This document shows, piece after piece, positions 1 through 11,436 of a stretch of 64,000 bases of DNA. Within the stretch, counting starts at the first letter, position 1, and each line of letters starts with the position of its first letter. Location of the stretch: positions 1-64,000 of the forward strand of contig JALAGF010003705.1 in the NCBI GenBank assembly GCA_030167865.1, in the 5' to 3' direction. Under the pieces are notes generated by a model that searched no databases, was not told where the DNA came from, and saw only the letters and a list, made by a program, of their open reading frames with translations. The position numbers were made by a program, and so were the translations under genes. The DNA comes from Craspedostauros australis (lineage: Eukaryota).

Positions 1-1400
1 GTTGCAGGTGCGGGCGCGGAGCTCAACGGCGGCATGGCGGTGCTGAAGCAAATCTCTCCGTCCCTGCAGCGTGCGGTGGCCGATGCCGCGCTGCCGTTGA
101 CGACCGTGCGATCCAAGACCACCAACTGGATCTCGTCCAACGAAGAGCTTCAGCTGCTGCACTTCAATCTCAGACAGATGATCATGGATGTGGAGTGACG
201 CCACGACAAAGGCGCTGATCCGGGAGGACGGCGAGGTCATGGCGTACCATACTTCATCATGCGAGGAGAGTTGCAGGAGGTGCTTCTGGAAGAGTTGAAG
301 ACGACGCCCGTGCATCTGGCAAGCAAGTGGTGAATGTGGAATGTCAAAAGACGGAGGCGCGAGAGTTCATCCATCTCGCATTCGAAGATGGAACGAGAGA
401 AGGGCCGTACTGGTACGATATGGTGGTGGGCTGTGATGGTGTCAACAGCGTTGTCAAGCAGTACATCAACGGCGATGCGTGGTCGCCATCAGACAATCAA
501 CGCAATTTGGTGCTTGTGTACTCTGGCATCCGCATCCGGTACGCCATCCGGGATGTCGCCAAAGAGGACAGCGATAGTAGTAGCAGCAGCAGTAGCGACG
601 ACGGAATGAACAAAACTGCACAAGATTCCGTCTTGCAGCAACACTTTGGCGACGGCGCCTTCTGCCTCACCGGCAACTATGACAACGGCAACTCCAGCAG
701 CGGCATCAAGCGCGACACCAGAAGCTGCTTCATCATCTTCCGCAACGCCTTGCCCTTCTCCAAGCTCACCGCCAGAAAGGATGATGAGAACATCACTTGG
801 AAGGTATCATCCGAGGCCGAGCGCATCCAGCAGCAGATGCGACAGCAGATCGATGGTGCCAAGATCCGCACGCACATCACAAGGCCCATCATCGATCGAC
901 TCATCGACAATGCCGGCCATGTCTTCGAGTTCGGGATCTACTTCCACAATCCCTTTGCGCGATGGACCAAGGTGATGGTGGTCACCAACACAAATCGCAA
1001 CCCCAACCGCAATGGAAGCACCTGCGCAGACAAGGTCGCCATCCTGAGTGTCTGCGGTGATGTAGCGCACGCCATGCTACCGTTCCTGGGACAGGGCACC
1101 AATCAGGCCATCCAAGACGCCTACTGTCTGGCCAATGCCATTCGGCAATGCAATGTGCAGTATGATGGACAAGCCAATGGCGGGAACAGCCTCGAAGATA
1201 TTCTGCAGACAGAATACAAGGACAAGCGATGGTCTACCACCACTGGCATCATGGACATCATGGCCACAGCTGGTCTGCTGGGATACCTAGAGGCCTCGTC
1301 GGGACCGTTGGCCAAGTTCTGGGATGTGTTCTTCTTCATCGTGGACAAAACGGGCGTTGTGAAGAAGATCTTTCTGGATGCTGCCATTCCGAGGAGATGA
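1..1400 (+). pseudogene. FAD-dependent monooxygenase (salicylate hydroxylase/zeaxanthin epoxidase-like), 5'-truncated by the window edge and frameshifted
   Basis: ORF 327-1400 carries the DG motif (VVGCDGVNSVVK) and the GD motif (GDVAHAMLPFLGQGTNQAIQDA). The upstream coding-like sequence switches frame three times: frame 1 VAGAGAELNGG...MDVE* (stop 196-198), frame 2 DATTKALIREDGEVMAY, frame 1 YFIMRGELQEVLLEEL...KW* (stop 331-333), then frame 3. No introns explain the shifts. Assembly indels are an alternative explanation. Confidence 0.65.
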
Positions 1401-1722
1401 GAATGTATAGAGCGGTGTGAAACCGCGATGCGAAATCGCGGTGGGTGCAGCTAGGTTCTGTGGACGGCTTTCGCTTGTTGTTGATGGACCAGCCATACTC
1501 GTGCGATCTAGACATTCCATACTTCTCGTCAACCACAACACGCAATCACAATCGCAATCATAATCACAAGTGAACACCTCTCAATTAATCAATCAACCCC
1601 CCTTTCCATCCTACTCGTACAACAACACACTCACATGCACAAGAGTATCAATACTGTCTTTCATGCGCTGTTCTAATTTCTCAACGACCAGAGTTCTCCA
1701 AGGCAATGCAGGATTGCATCAA

Positions 1723-3129
1723 TCATCGATTTGCCTTTCTTTTCGCATTGCGGGCAGAAACACCATCAACTCGGACGAGCCGATCTGCTCTCTTGTCATC
1801 CCACGCCTGTTTCAATGTCTCACTGCCCTGCAGCAGAACGTCAAAAGCCTCGCTCATGGGATCCATTGTCCCCATTAGATCCAGTGCATTCATTGTACCC
1901 CAATGTTTGCTTGTTCTCATCAGCATCTCTCCAAACAGGGCCTGTGGCCGCGACCATGTTGGAAGGGAACACAACACTGCTCTCACCTTGTTGCGATGAT
2001 TTCGCCGCAAGATACGTCCAACAAGCGCATTGTACGAATGGACATGTTCGTCAGGCAGGCGTGGATAAATGCGGAGATGGGTCAGTTGGGTAGTCTGCTC
2101 CAAGGCTTGCTGAAGTGCTTCCATTTGCGCCGAGAGGGTCTCGGGCGGAACTTCAAACATGCCAGGAGTCCCAATGTGATGGTAACTGAGAGATGACAAG
2201 CCCTTGTTTCCCAGAAGCGATACCAACGCGTCGAACATTATCATCTGCTCTTGTCGCGATGGCCCAATCCAAAAAACGGAAATATCAAGCTTCTTCAGGT
2301 GTGATGCATCCGAAAGGAGTTTGATGATCTGGTCGACTTCTTGTTGTGAGTAGGTTCGTTGTTCGTTGTAGTTCCCATTGAAATTGATGTTGAGCTTGTT
2401 GATGCGCTTATTTGACTGGAATAGCTTTGCCAAGCTATCGCAAGTGACACGGGTACAGCAAAAGCATACTTCGGTGACGCTGCAATTGTTTGGAGACAGC
2501 CATCTGCACAAATCAGCGCCGCCATTGGCGAGCTTGCAGAAACTAAACTTAACCCATTTCGAGTTTTGGGAGATGTTGAACATGAGCTTGTCGCAATCAA
2601 CAAGATCACATGAATCCAAATACACACGATGTGTCACCAGAGGGATATCGTGGAGCTGCTTCATCTTCACGAAGTATTGAGTCAAGCAGATGCATTGGTC
2701 AAATGAACATTTGGGTGGGTGTTCGGCAGCCAATCGAAGTATGAAGCGAATCGCTTGCTTGTCTTCTTCTCCGAATTGGTCAATGGTGTCGAATTTCAGA
2801 TGCAGGGATCGAATGCGCATCTGCCCACAGCCCCAGTAGAACGGATCGCTCAGTAGAACATGAGGTGATAAAGCAACGTTCTTGTGCTGTTTCACCATTG
2901 ATTTCAAGTCATCAAAAGTGAATCCTGCTTCGATGGCCATGTCCCAGTGTTCCATCGGCTTGGGTTTGACACTGTAGCAGTCGATCTGCTGTCTTGGATG
3001 ACTCTGCACATTGAACACAGTCTTCGATGACAGCTCTTTTTGATGGAGTTGTTTCCAGAAAGTCTTGAAGTCTGGATCATGATCGCTGCTGGTATTTGTG
3101 TTGGCGACAGCATCCATGTTGTGGTTCAT
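1723..3129 (-). CDS. RNI-like/leucine-rich-repeat hypothetical protein (468 aa)
   Basis: Long single-exon ORF with degenerate LxxLxL/I repeats (IRSLHL, INKLNI, LKKLDI, LSSLSY, LTHLRI) followed by an 'ILRRN...R' segment seen in expanded diatom RNI-like families. Confidence 0.55.
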   Translation of the reverse strand: MNHNMDAVANTNTSSDHDPDFKTFWKQLHQKELSSKTVFNVQSHPRQQIDCYSVKPKPMEHWDMAIEAGFTFDDLKSMVKQHKNVALSPHVLLSDPFYWGCGQMRIRSLHLKFDTIDQFGEEDKQAIRFILRLAAEHPPKCSFDQCICLTQYFVKMKQLHDIPLVTHRVYLDSCDLVDCDKLMFNISQNSKWVKFSFCKLANGGADLCRWLSPNNCSVTEVCFCCTRVTCDSLAKLFQSNKRINKLNINFNGNYNEQRTYSQQEVDQIIKLLSDASHLKKLDISVFWIGPSRQEQMIMFDALVSLLGNKGLSSLSYHHIGTPGMFEVPPETLSAQMEALQQALEQTTQLTHLRIYPRLPDEHVHSYNALVGRILRRNHRNKVRAVLCSLPTWSRPQALFGEMLMRTSKHWGTMNALDLMGTMDPMSEAFDVLLQGSETLKQAWDDKRADRLVRVDGVSARNAKRKANR

Positions 3130-3825
3130 CCTTTTCTTGTCGTTGCTAATGTTGTTGCTACTGCTGCTGTTGCTGTTGCTGCTGCTGACTGTTGCTGTTG
3201 GTGGTACAATCCTATGAGTGGAGCAGGTAGAGCTGATAGAGCAGGCAGAGTATGTGGTCCCAAATCAGTTGCGCTTGGATGGTGATTGTGAGCTCATCTG
3301 CTCAAGGTTGCTGTCCTCCATTTCATGGTCCTGTACATTGATCACAAAGCAACGCGTCGTCAGTCAACACGCCTGCGTGGACTTGCGTAGTTCCACCACT
3401 GTGTCTGGTATGGTATGGTATTGTATGCTATGCGATGGTGTAGTACGACCGTGGACAGCCACATCATGATCCGAAGCTGGCAAGCTCGCTCGCTCGCACG
3501 ATACGACTTTCGATGATGCCCAACTTGGTCATGCTGCGGAGTTGTGCCTCTTCATGTGATATCATAGTTGTGTAATATGAGTAGGCACATCCCTCTGTGA
3601 TGGTCTTGGGGGAGTCAACCATTGTGCCATACGAATGCATACTATGTACTTCGGCAGTTGGATGTCATCGAACGACTGCGGTGAGCGGATCCACGATGTG
3701 ACGAATCCACCACGATGGCTTCTTCCGTGGAAATCAGAGGCGGTTCTCACGTTTTGTCGAGAGGATGACGACGATGATGGTGACACCACTCGTGTTTCAA
3801 TCGACATCAAACGTATCCAGGACTC

Positions 3826-3990
3826 TGTCGAAATGTGTGACATCAGTAATTCCCGATTGTACGGGACTGAACCAAAATAGAGTACAGAAACAACAAATAC
3901 CCCCCTATCGTAAACGTGGCAAGCGCATGATCGATCACTCCTGAGCGTTACAGGAGCACGTTACTTTTGGGACTACGGGGAACTTCGACA
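3826..3990 (+). repeat. 5' LTR
   Basis: TG...CA ends with 7-bp terminal inverted repeats; identical to 4346-4510. Confidence 0.93.
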
Positions 3991-4345
3991 TGGTAACGTA
4001 AACCTGTGGCTTACGCCCGGGAGAGCGAAATAGTTGACTGAGGAAGAATCAGACCGGACCAACTTCATGGGTTCGATACCGCCGACCCTGATTTTCCGAA
4101 GCAAAAAGATGAACGACGATACAACGAGAGCAAAAAGTGCAGAGCAAACCGCAGGTGGAACATCGAGACCTGGGAGGGCGACCGCTTGCATCAGCGGTAT
4201 ACGAAAAAGGAACGTGACAACGGTTTCAAGCAGAGTGCGAGAGAGAAGCTGAAGGCCCAACGACCCCAGAAGAAGACACACAGAGACGGACAAGCACAAC
4301 AACCAACCAACCAATCATCGAGTACAAATCGCGAATTAGGGAGGG

Positions 4346-4510
4346 TGTCGAAATGTGTGACATCAGTAATTCCCGATTGTACGGGACTGAACCAAAATAG
4401 AGTACAGAAACAACAAATACCCCCCTATCGTAAACGTGGCAAGCGCATGATCGATCACTCCTGAGCGTTACAGGAGCACGTTACTTTTGGGACTACGGGG
4501 AACTTCGACA
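4346..4510 (+). repeat. 3' LTR
   Basis: Identical copy of 3826-3990, immediately preceded by the polypurine tract. Confidence 0.93.
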
Positions 4511-4738
4511 GGACTCATCTCGCCATACCCAATCGTCACGACCAACAATCAGTCGTGAACGAATCAACAACCAGTCCTGTGTTCAACGACGAACAATCGC
4601 GAAACGATCCATCTTGTGGCGATGATGATGGTGAAGCTACAGAAATTGCTGCAGAATACTGATACAGATCATCACAACCACAATGCTCACTGATGATGAC
4701 TGTTGCCATCAAGTATCTATCCACAGAGAACGCATACC

Positions 4739-4742
<4 letters not shown>

Positions 4743-4774
<32 letters not shown>
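4743..4774. repeat. (CT)n microsatellite
   Basis: Uninterrupted CT run of about 16 units. Confidence 0.95.
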
Positions 4775-4776
<2 letters not shown>

Positions 4777-5295
4777 GTCTCTAGAGAGGAAATACACGCG
4801 GCGGAATGGCTGGAGGATCGCGATGCTCTGATGCTGTGAGTATGGAATTGGCATACTGAGAGATTGGAGGCGTGTCACAACAAGCGCCAGTGAGTGCACA
4901 ATTATTTTGCTCGTATGACATCATACATACGACGTGGTTCGTTCTCGCCGGCAGGTTGTGCCAGATGCACAGGAACAACGAACATCCTACCGCGACTTGG
5001 CCGGCTCTATTTTAAAAGCCTAGCATCACGAACAAAAGCAAGGTAACATTTGTGACGTCACGATGACACCAATCAAATCAATCGTGGCTTGACCTTCACA
5101 AAACGCCACACACACAAATCGCGAAGCAAAACGGAAAGAACAGATCCACGATACCAACCGTCCTCCACATTTGTGGAACACATCTGTGGAACACAATCGT
5201 GTGACCACGTCATAAACATCAAGTGCTGCCTGTTTGGGGACAGCTCTTGCCACAGACCGAATCGTCACGAGCGCCGCCACCATCGATCGCGCGCA

Positions 5296-8200
5296 ATGAA
5301 ACAGCAAATCGCAAGGCTGATCAAGCTGATCGAAGATGGCACGAAGAAGCATGCGGAGCTTGCCACGGACAAGCTGTCCGAAGAGATCATCGAGCGCGCA
5401 GCGACGGACCCGTCCATCATTTGGGATCTGCTTGGGAGGCTTCAATTCCTGCTCATGTCGCGCAACTGGAAGAGCAGGTATCAGGCCAGTCTGTGCATGG
5501 AGCGGATCGCCAGCCATCTGCCGCTGCAAGATCGGCTGGACTTCTTTCGGAGGGAATGGGATGAGCGTTCGTCAAGGCCATCATCGCCGACAGAGCAACC
5601 GTCGGCCCCAAGCGAATCGGCAGTTCACCAACGCCAAGGGCACAACCAAGAGCACCAATGGCTCACGTTGCACGACGTGCAAGATCTTGAACGAATTCAA
5701 CAACACGGCCGGCTGCTGCTGTCAACGTCGGAACGAACCCGCTACGACGAGTACGAAGCAAATGAATTGAGACAGCTGGACGAAAATGCGCAGCATCTCG
5801 ACAAGTTCTGCGAGCACCGTGTCCAACTGCAACGCAATATGCTTGCGAAACGCCTTGGCTTGAGCGGCATTATCGAAGCCACATCAACGCGCCATTCCAA
5901 GGCAACAGCGATCGTACCCGCGATTAGCATGGATGATCTGCTGCCCTGGCCCAAAAGGCGCCGTGTTGGTGAAGCAGGCGCGGTCGCTGCAGGTTCTGCG
6001 ATCCGGAGAAAGGGTGATAGCAATGCCGACGTTGATGATAACCACGGCGGAGACTGCGACAGCGACAACGAAGTTCATCATGCCACATCTCTACGCGCGT
6101 TGCTGGTGATGGAATCCAGGCGAATGCGGCAATCTTCGCGGCAACAGGCTTCTCGTCTCCATCTTCATCAGAATAGTATCCCGCAGGTGCTATTGGCGAA
6201 CGATCTCGTTTTCCGCATGTTTTCTGCAGATTGGCACGAACGGCACGGTGCCTTGCTTGGAATTCGGGCACTGATATTTGCTTGGACTTCGACATCGCCG
6301 TCGCATGCGACAACGAACGCGCCAAAGCATCCGCACGGGCAGATCAGCTTTGGGTATTGGCTTCATGACATCTTGTCGCGCTGCATTTGCGTCCTGGCAT
6401 TGGATCGGTTCGGCGACTTCTCGGGAGCATCCATCTCCGAGGAAAGCCGGACCGTTGTTGCGCCGGTACGTGAAATGGCTGGCCAGGTATTTTCGACTGT
6501 TCTCGCATTGGCGCCAGCCAACATTCGAAACGAAGCAGCATCAGTCATTGTCAAGCTAATCCAGCAGGATACTTGGGAGGCACGGCATGGTGGACTTATA
6601 GCGTTGCGATTTGCATTCCTGACGTCGCCAAAGAGCCAGCTCGCGAATATTTCATTCCAGCCCAGCGCCAGTAGCACGAGCAACACCAACGTTGATGGCG
6701 ATGGCGAAAGCAAAAGCGATGAGACAGATTCAGTATTCAGTTTGCTGTCAGGCTGCCTCATGGATCCAGCCGAAGACGTGCAGGGAGCAGCTGCTCAGTG
6801 CCTGTCGATGTTGCAAAAGGATCAATCAGCATCGCAAACGAGCACGAGGAATTGCCCCGCCTACATCAACAGTCTGTGGCTCGCTATTTCCAAATGCAGT
6901 CCATTCTCTGCCTGCATCACAGATCTGCTGGGGCTCTTGATTGAAACCCTCGATCGATACGGCCAATCTTGCCTTTCGCCCATGTTGCACTCGTACGAGA
7001 AAGGAACTGAATGCCCCATCATCGATCTCCGCGAGGACGCAGAACGCCACTTGTCGAACATCATGAAAACAGCGAGCACGTTGTACGCGAAAGAAATGGC
7101 ATTCGTCGCATACAGCAAGTTCAGCGGTCTGCTCTTGGGTTGGGGTGATGCTCGCGCGGACGAATCGAGCAGCAATCATACGAAAGGTGAAGAGCCACCC
7201 ACGCATACCAATACTAGTATCTCATTCAGGATACTTTTCGACCAATGCAAGGCAATGCCATCGATCTTTTCCACCGTCATCCATCTAATCCAACATCGCT
7301 CGTTCGCAGCCACGGCACAAACCGCGCCCAATCATCGCAAATGGGATGTTCTGGCAGCGTGGGAAGAATTATCAAGGGCCATACACCAGGTTGACCCGGA
7401 CTTGCAAAGCACTGCAAATCTAAGCATGTTCGATGGCAGCCTTCTCAGCCAATATTTCGATACGTCAAGGCCTCCCAACTGCACCGCATCCAAATTGCAA
7501 ACGGATTGCATCTGCTCGTTCAAAGTCGCCGCAAGCGTCACTGCCGGCTACTTCAGCGCCGCTGGGACCTCATTCGCCTCCAGCCAAGACCGAATCGCAA
7601 ATGTTGCATCCAATCTTCAATTGGCATTGCACTCACCGTTCCTGGCGGAATGCGCCGCCGCGTGCATTTTATACCAAGCACTCGTGGTGGCGTGCGACGC
7701 GCACTGTCCTCTCAAGTTACGGCTCCAAGCGCATCTCAATTCTGTGCTGGAGAAGGGCGCGAGCTGTTCCGAGATTTTGAGGTTTCATGATCCAGCCCTC
7801 ACAGCCAGCATTTCGCAGGCCTACATGGATTTATGCTCCAACAACAGGCAGCTCTATCAAGAGCATGGCGCCAAAACGGAATCCCCGAACCTCGACCTTG
7901 TGACCAAGTGGCAATCCGCGTATCAAGAACTCATCGCAGGGATGCAGCCCGCTTCTAAAGTGACCACGAAAGATGAGATGCGTATCAACAGCCTGGTCGC
8001 AGGTTGCGTGGCATTGAACGGACCCAAGTGGCTGCCACCAAAGATCAGTCCGCTCATACGTCCATTGATGACATCGGTCAAGAATGAACTTGTGGAAGTC
8101 TTCCAACAGCAAACGGCCGATAGTGTTGCCTGCTTACTTTCAGTCCTTCAGCCTGGCGCTGGATCATCACCGCGTACTGCAGATGATGATCCGTACAGGA

Positions 8201-11200
8201 AAAGCAGGGAAAAGGTCATCACAAATTTGTGCAAACTGCTGACGAGCACGTGGAACCATCAACGCAGCACAGCAGCACGTTGCATTCGTGGGCTTCTGAA
8301 GACGCTGCCCACAGATCAGCGTTTGGATGCACTTTCACCCATCTGCGAGCATGTTGGCCACATCAAAGCGACTTTTCGGTTCCTGCAGGACCCAAATCAC
8401 CGTCGGCAGCGGCAGCGGCCGGAGGAGGAGGACTTAGCTCGTAGGGCCAAACAGCGGAACATGGTGATGGGGAGTCTGCGCCTGGTCGAGGTGATATTCG
8501 ATACCGCCAACACTCACACGAGCATGTCGAAACAGCTGTGCGAGATGTACAGCAGTCAGATTGTTCAACTTGGATGCAACATCCATGACAAGGAGCTCGC
8601 AGAAGCAGCATCCAAGTGTGTGCATGTTTTCTGCCAGCGAGCTCCATCGACAGCATTGCAACAATATGCGGTCGTTCTCTGCACCATGCTCGACAGTGAT
8701 GGCGGTGGTAGCGACAGCGGCAGCAGTGGCGAGTCCCAACCAAGCGGGCCAACTGCAAGGCAACGAGGTTGTGAGATGCTGCGCATGCTCGTGACCTGCG
8801 CTGGTGTGTCTATTGGCCCTTTCATCCGCTTCCTCCTCCCCAAAGCCATGACGTTGATGACAGATATCGATCGGGAATGTGCCAAAATTGGAGCTTCCTT
8901 GTTTGGAACGATCGTACGGTGTGCCCCACTCGCCAGCAATCAGTGCCCCGAGCCAATCGACGAGCGTGACGTTGCGAGTGATGAACATAGCAGGGTCGTC
9001 CTAGATCACCTGATCCTCGGCAAGCCGCTGCCTCCGTTCCCGCTACCACGACGCATACAGAGTGCGTTGGAGGATTCAGGCATCACTCTCCGATCCTACC
9101 AATCGGAAGGCATTGCGTGGCTACGTTTCCTCCAGAGTGTCAACCTCAACGGGGCGCTCTGTGATAGTATGGGCCTTGGCAAGACACTGCAAGCGTTGGT
9201 GGCCACAGCGATATCCCATGACAATGAGAATCGCACCATATCGAGTCAGAAAGGCGAGGAAACGGCGATGGCATCGGTAGCGGTCGTGCAACAACAGCGG
9301 CACCGTCGATGCATGTCCATCGTCGTCTGTCCATCCACCTTGGTCGGTCATTGGATGAATGAAATCAAGCGATTCTTTGGCACAGATGAAATATTCCAAC
9401 CTCATTCGATCACGGCAAGGCGAAGAAGGAAATTGGCCGACCCGCTGATTCCAGAGCGTGCCGGTGATGAATGTGTCAATATCGTGGTCATGAGCTATGC
9501 CACGCTTCGGTCAGAAATTGATCACATCGCCAGCATAGCATGGAACTACTGCATTCTGGACGAGGGTCACTTGCTCCGCAATCCCAAGACAGCCACGGCA
9601 AGGGCGACCAAGCGGATCCGAGCCAAGCACCGACTGGTCTTGACCGGAACTCCGGTGCAAAACAAAGTCCAGGATCTTTGGGCTTGCTTTGACTTTCTGA
9701 TGCCTCATTTTCTTGGATCTGACCGGGCCTTCGCGAAGCAGTACGCTAGTCCCATCGCCAAGGGTCAGCAGTCAGGAGCATCCGCGGAGGAAGTCATCAA
9801 CAGCATGCAGAAACTGAAAACCATCCATCAACAGGTGCTTCCATTCATTCTTCGGCGGACGAAGGACAAGGTTCTCAAGGAGCTTCCACCGAAGTCCATC
9901 ACCAGCATTGGATGCAACATGAGCATGCTGCAGGCCAAGTTGTACAAGACTGTCTGCAAGAATCCAACAGTTCAGAGCTCCTTGGATGCGCTTCGTGCTG
10001 GGCTGAAGGCGAGCAAAGCAGATGATGCATCGAAGGAGGTGGATGTGCGCAAGCTCAGTTCCGCGGCGCTGAAGGCGTTGATGTTCTTGAGGCTTATATG
10101 CACGCACCCATGCCTGATCCGACCGAAGGTTGCGACAAATGGGAGTGACGACGGAAGCAGCGATGATGCTCAATTCGGCGGCCGTGAAGCGTCAGGTAAA
10201 TTGGTCGCATTGCATGAACTACTGGTGAGCGCTGGAATCCTCGCCCAGATAGGAGCAGCTGACAACGACAACAGCTTGCTGTACTGCGACGCTCACGAAG
10301 ATGACGAAGACAACGATGAAGGTGGAATGAGTCAGGATGAAGTTTCAGCTGTATTGCGCCCACCAGCTGCAAGGCAGGTCGACATGAGCGCAAAGGACCA
10401 CGGTAGCAAATGCCTCATTTTTGCACAGTTCACATCAAGTCTGGATGTTGTGGAAAAGATGCTGCTCGAGACGAGCGTTTCCAGCGTTCGGCACTTGCGG
10501 CTCGATGGCCAGGTGCCTCCCGAGAAGCGGCAGGCAATCGTGGATGCGTTCAACGAGGATCAAACCATACGAGTGCTGCTGCTGACGACAAAGGTCGGAG
10601 GACTGGGGTTGAATTTGACAGGTGAGTGAAGGTGATTGCATCTTCGCGGTTCAACAGTCAGATCGTGCTTCTCGCAAGATGTTTGCCATGAATCATTGCT
10701 ACGGAAGCACGCAACCCAAACGCGCCAGCGGCGGCGATCTATCCACATTTACATCCGCATACTCACACATTGCAATCGAACTTTCTTCGTCTCTCCGAAC
10801 CAATGTGTCCCCTTTGTGGACATGCAAATGAACCAACGAACGATGTGCATCAGGCGCGGACACCGTGATATTTCTGGAACATGATTGGAATCCACACAAC
10901 GACATCCAAGCCATGGACCGAGCGCATCGGATTGGCCAAACCAAGTCTGTCAACGTGTACAAACTCATCACCATGGACTCCATCGAAGAGACCGTGATGC
11001 AGATACAGCAAACCAAGTTGGCCATGAGCGATGCGATCGTCAACACCAAGAATAGCTCCATGTTCAGCATGGGCACGGACCGATTGTTGGATATCTTCAC
11101 GTTTTCGGGGGACGGCGGCAAAGGAGCTGATGATGGATTGGCGGACAGCGACGACAACAACAGTGACAACCTCGACGTGCTCTTTCAGCGATACCTCGAG

Positions 11201-11254
11201 GACTATGCTACGCTGTCGCTCGATGACTTCCAACGAGGATTGGACGGATCGTAG
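5296..11254 (+). CDS. BTAF1: TATA-binding protein-associated SNF2 ATPase Mot1/BTAF1; exons 5296-10621 and 10854-11254
   Basis: N-terminal HEAT region ([31 protein letters not shown]) and SNF2 motifs ([76 protein letters not shown]). Intron 10622-10853 (GTGAGT...CAG) joins the exons in frame. Start ATG 5296 is inferred. Confidence 0.93.
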
Positions 11255-11436
11255 GTACACTCGTAGCGCTGCGAACATTCTCTGGAATGTTGTCCACTCG
11301 TGCCAGCGTGGTACGTGTTTGCGATATTGCCTGCGATGGGAGACCATGGCAGAAAATTGCACACAGGAGCTGTGTTGAGAAATTATCTCGCTCTATTCTC
11401 ATCGCACCTCTATGGCCCAATTACTATGCTCTCCTT

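Larger units (their letters stand above)
3826..4510 (+). mobile_element. Non-autonomous miniature LTR retrotransposon (TRIM-like), 685 bp
   Basis: Two identical 165-bp direct repeats (3826-3990 and 4346-4510) bounded by TGTCGAA...TTCGACA. PBS-like TGGTAACG at 3991 and polypurine tract AGGGAGGG at 4338-4345. The element is flanked by GGACTC on both sides (3820-3825 and 4511-4516). The 355-bp interior has no gag/pol. Confidence 0.93.

Noticed and set aside
4070-4080. Pol III B-box-like GGTTCGATACC inside the TRIM (Cassandra- or SINE-like?)
   Set aside because: There is no T-arm stem or cloverleaf and only a weak A-box candidate; it could be chance. Revisit if conserved across copies.
3826-4510. 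Direct repeats as a CRISPR array or assembly artefact
   Set aside because: There are only two long copies, and the TG..CA ends, PBS, PPT and TSD explain them as LTRs.
3635-4630. Small ORF apparently interrupted by the TRIM
   Set aside because: The rejoined frame gives only about 100 aa with no recognisable features.
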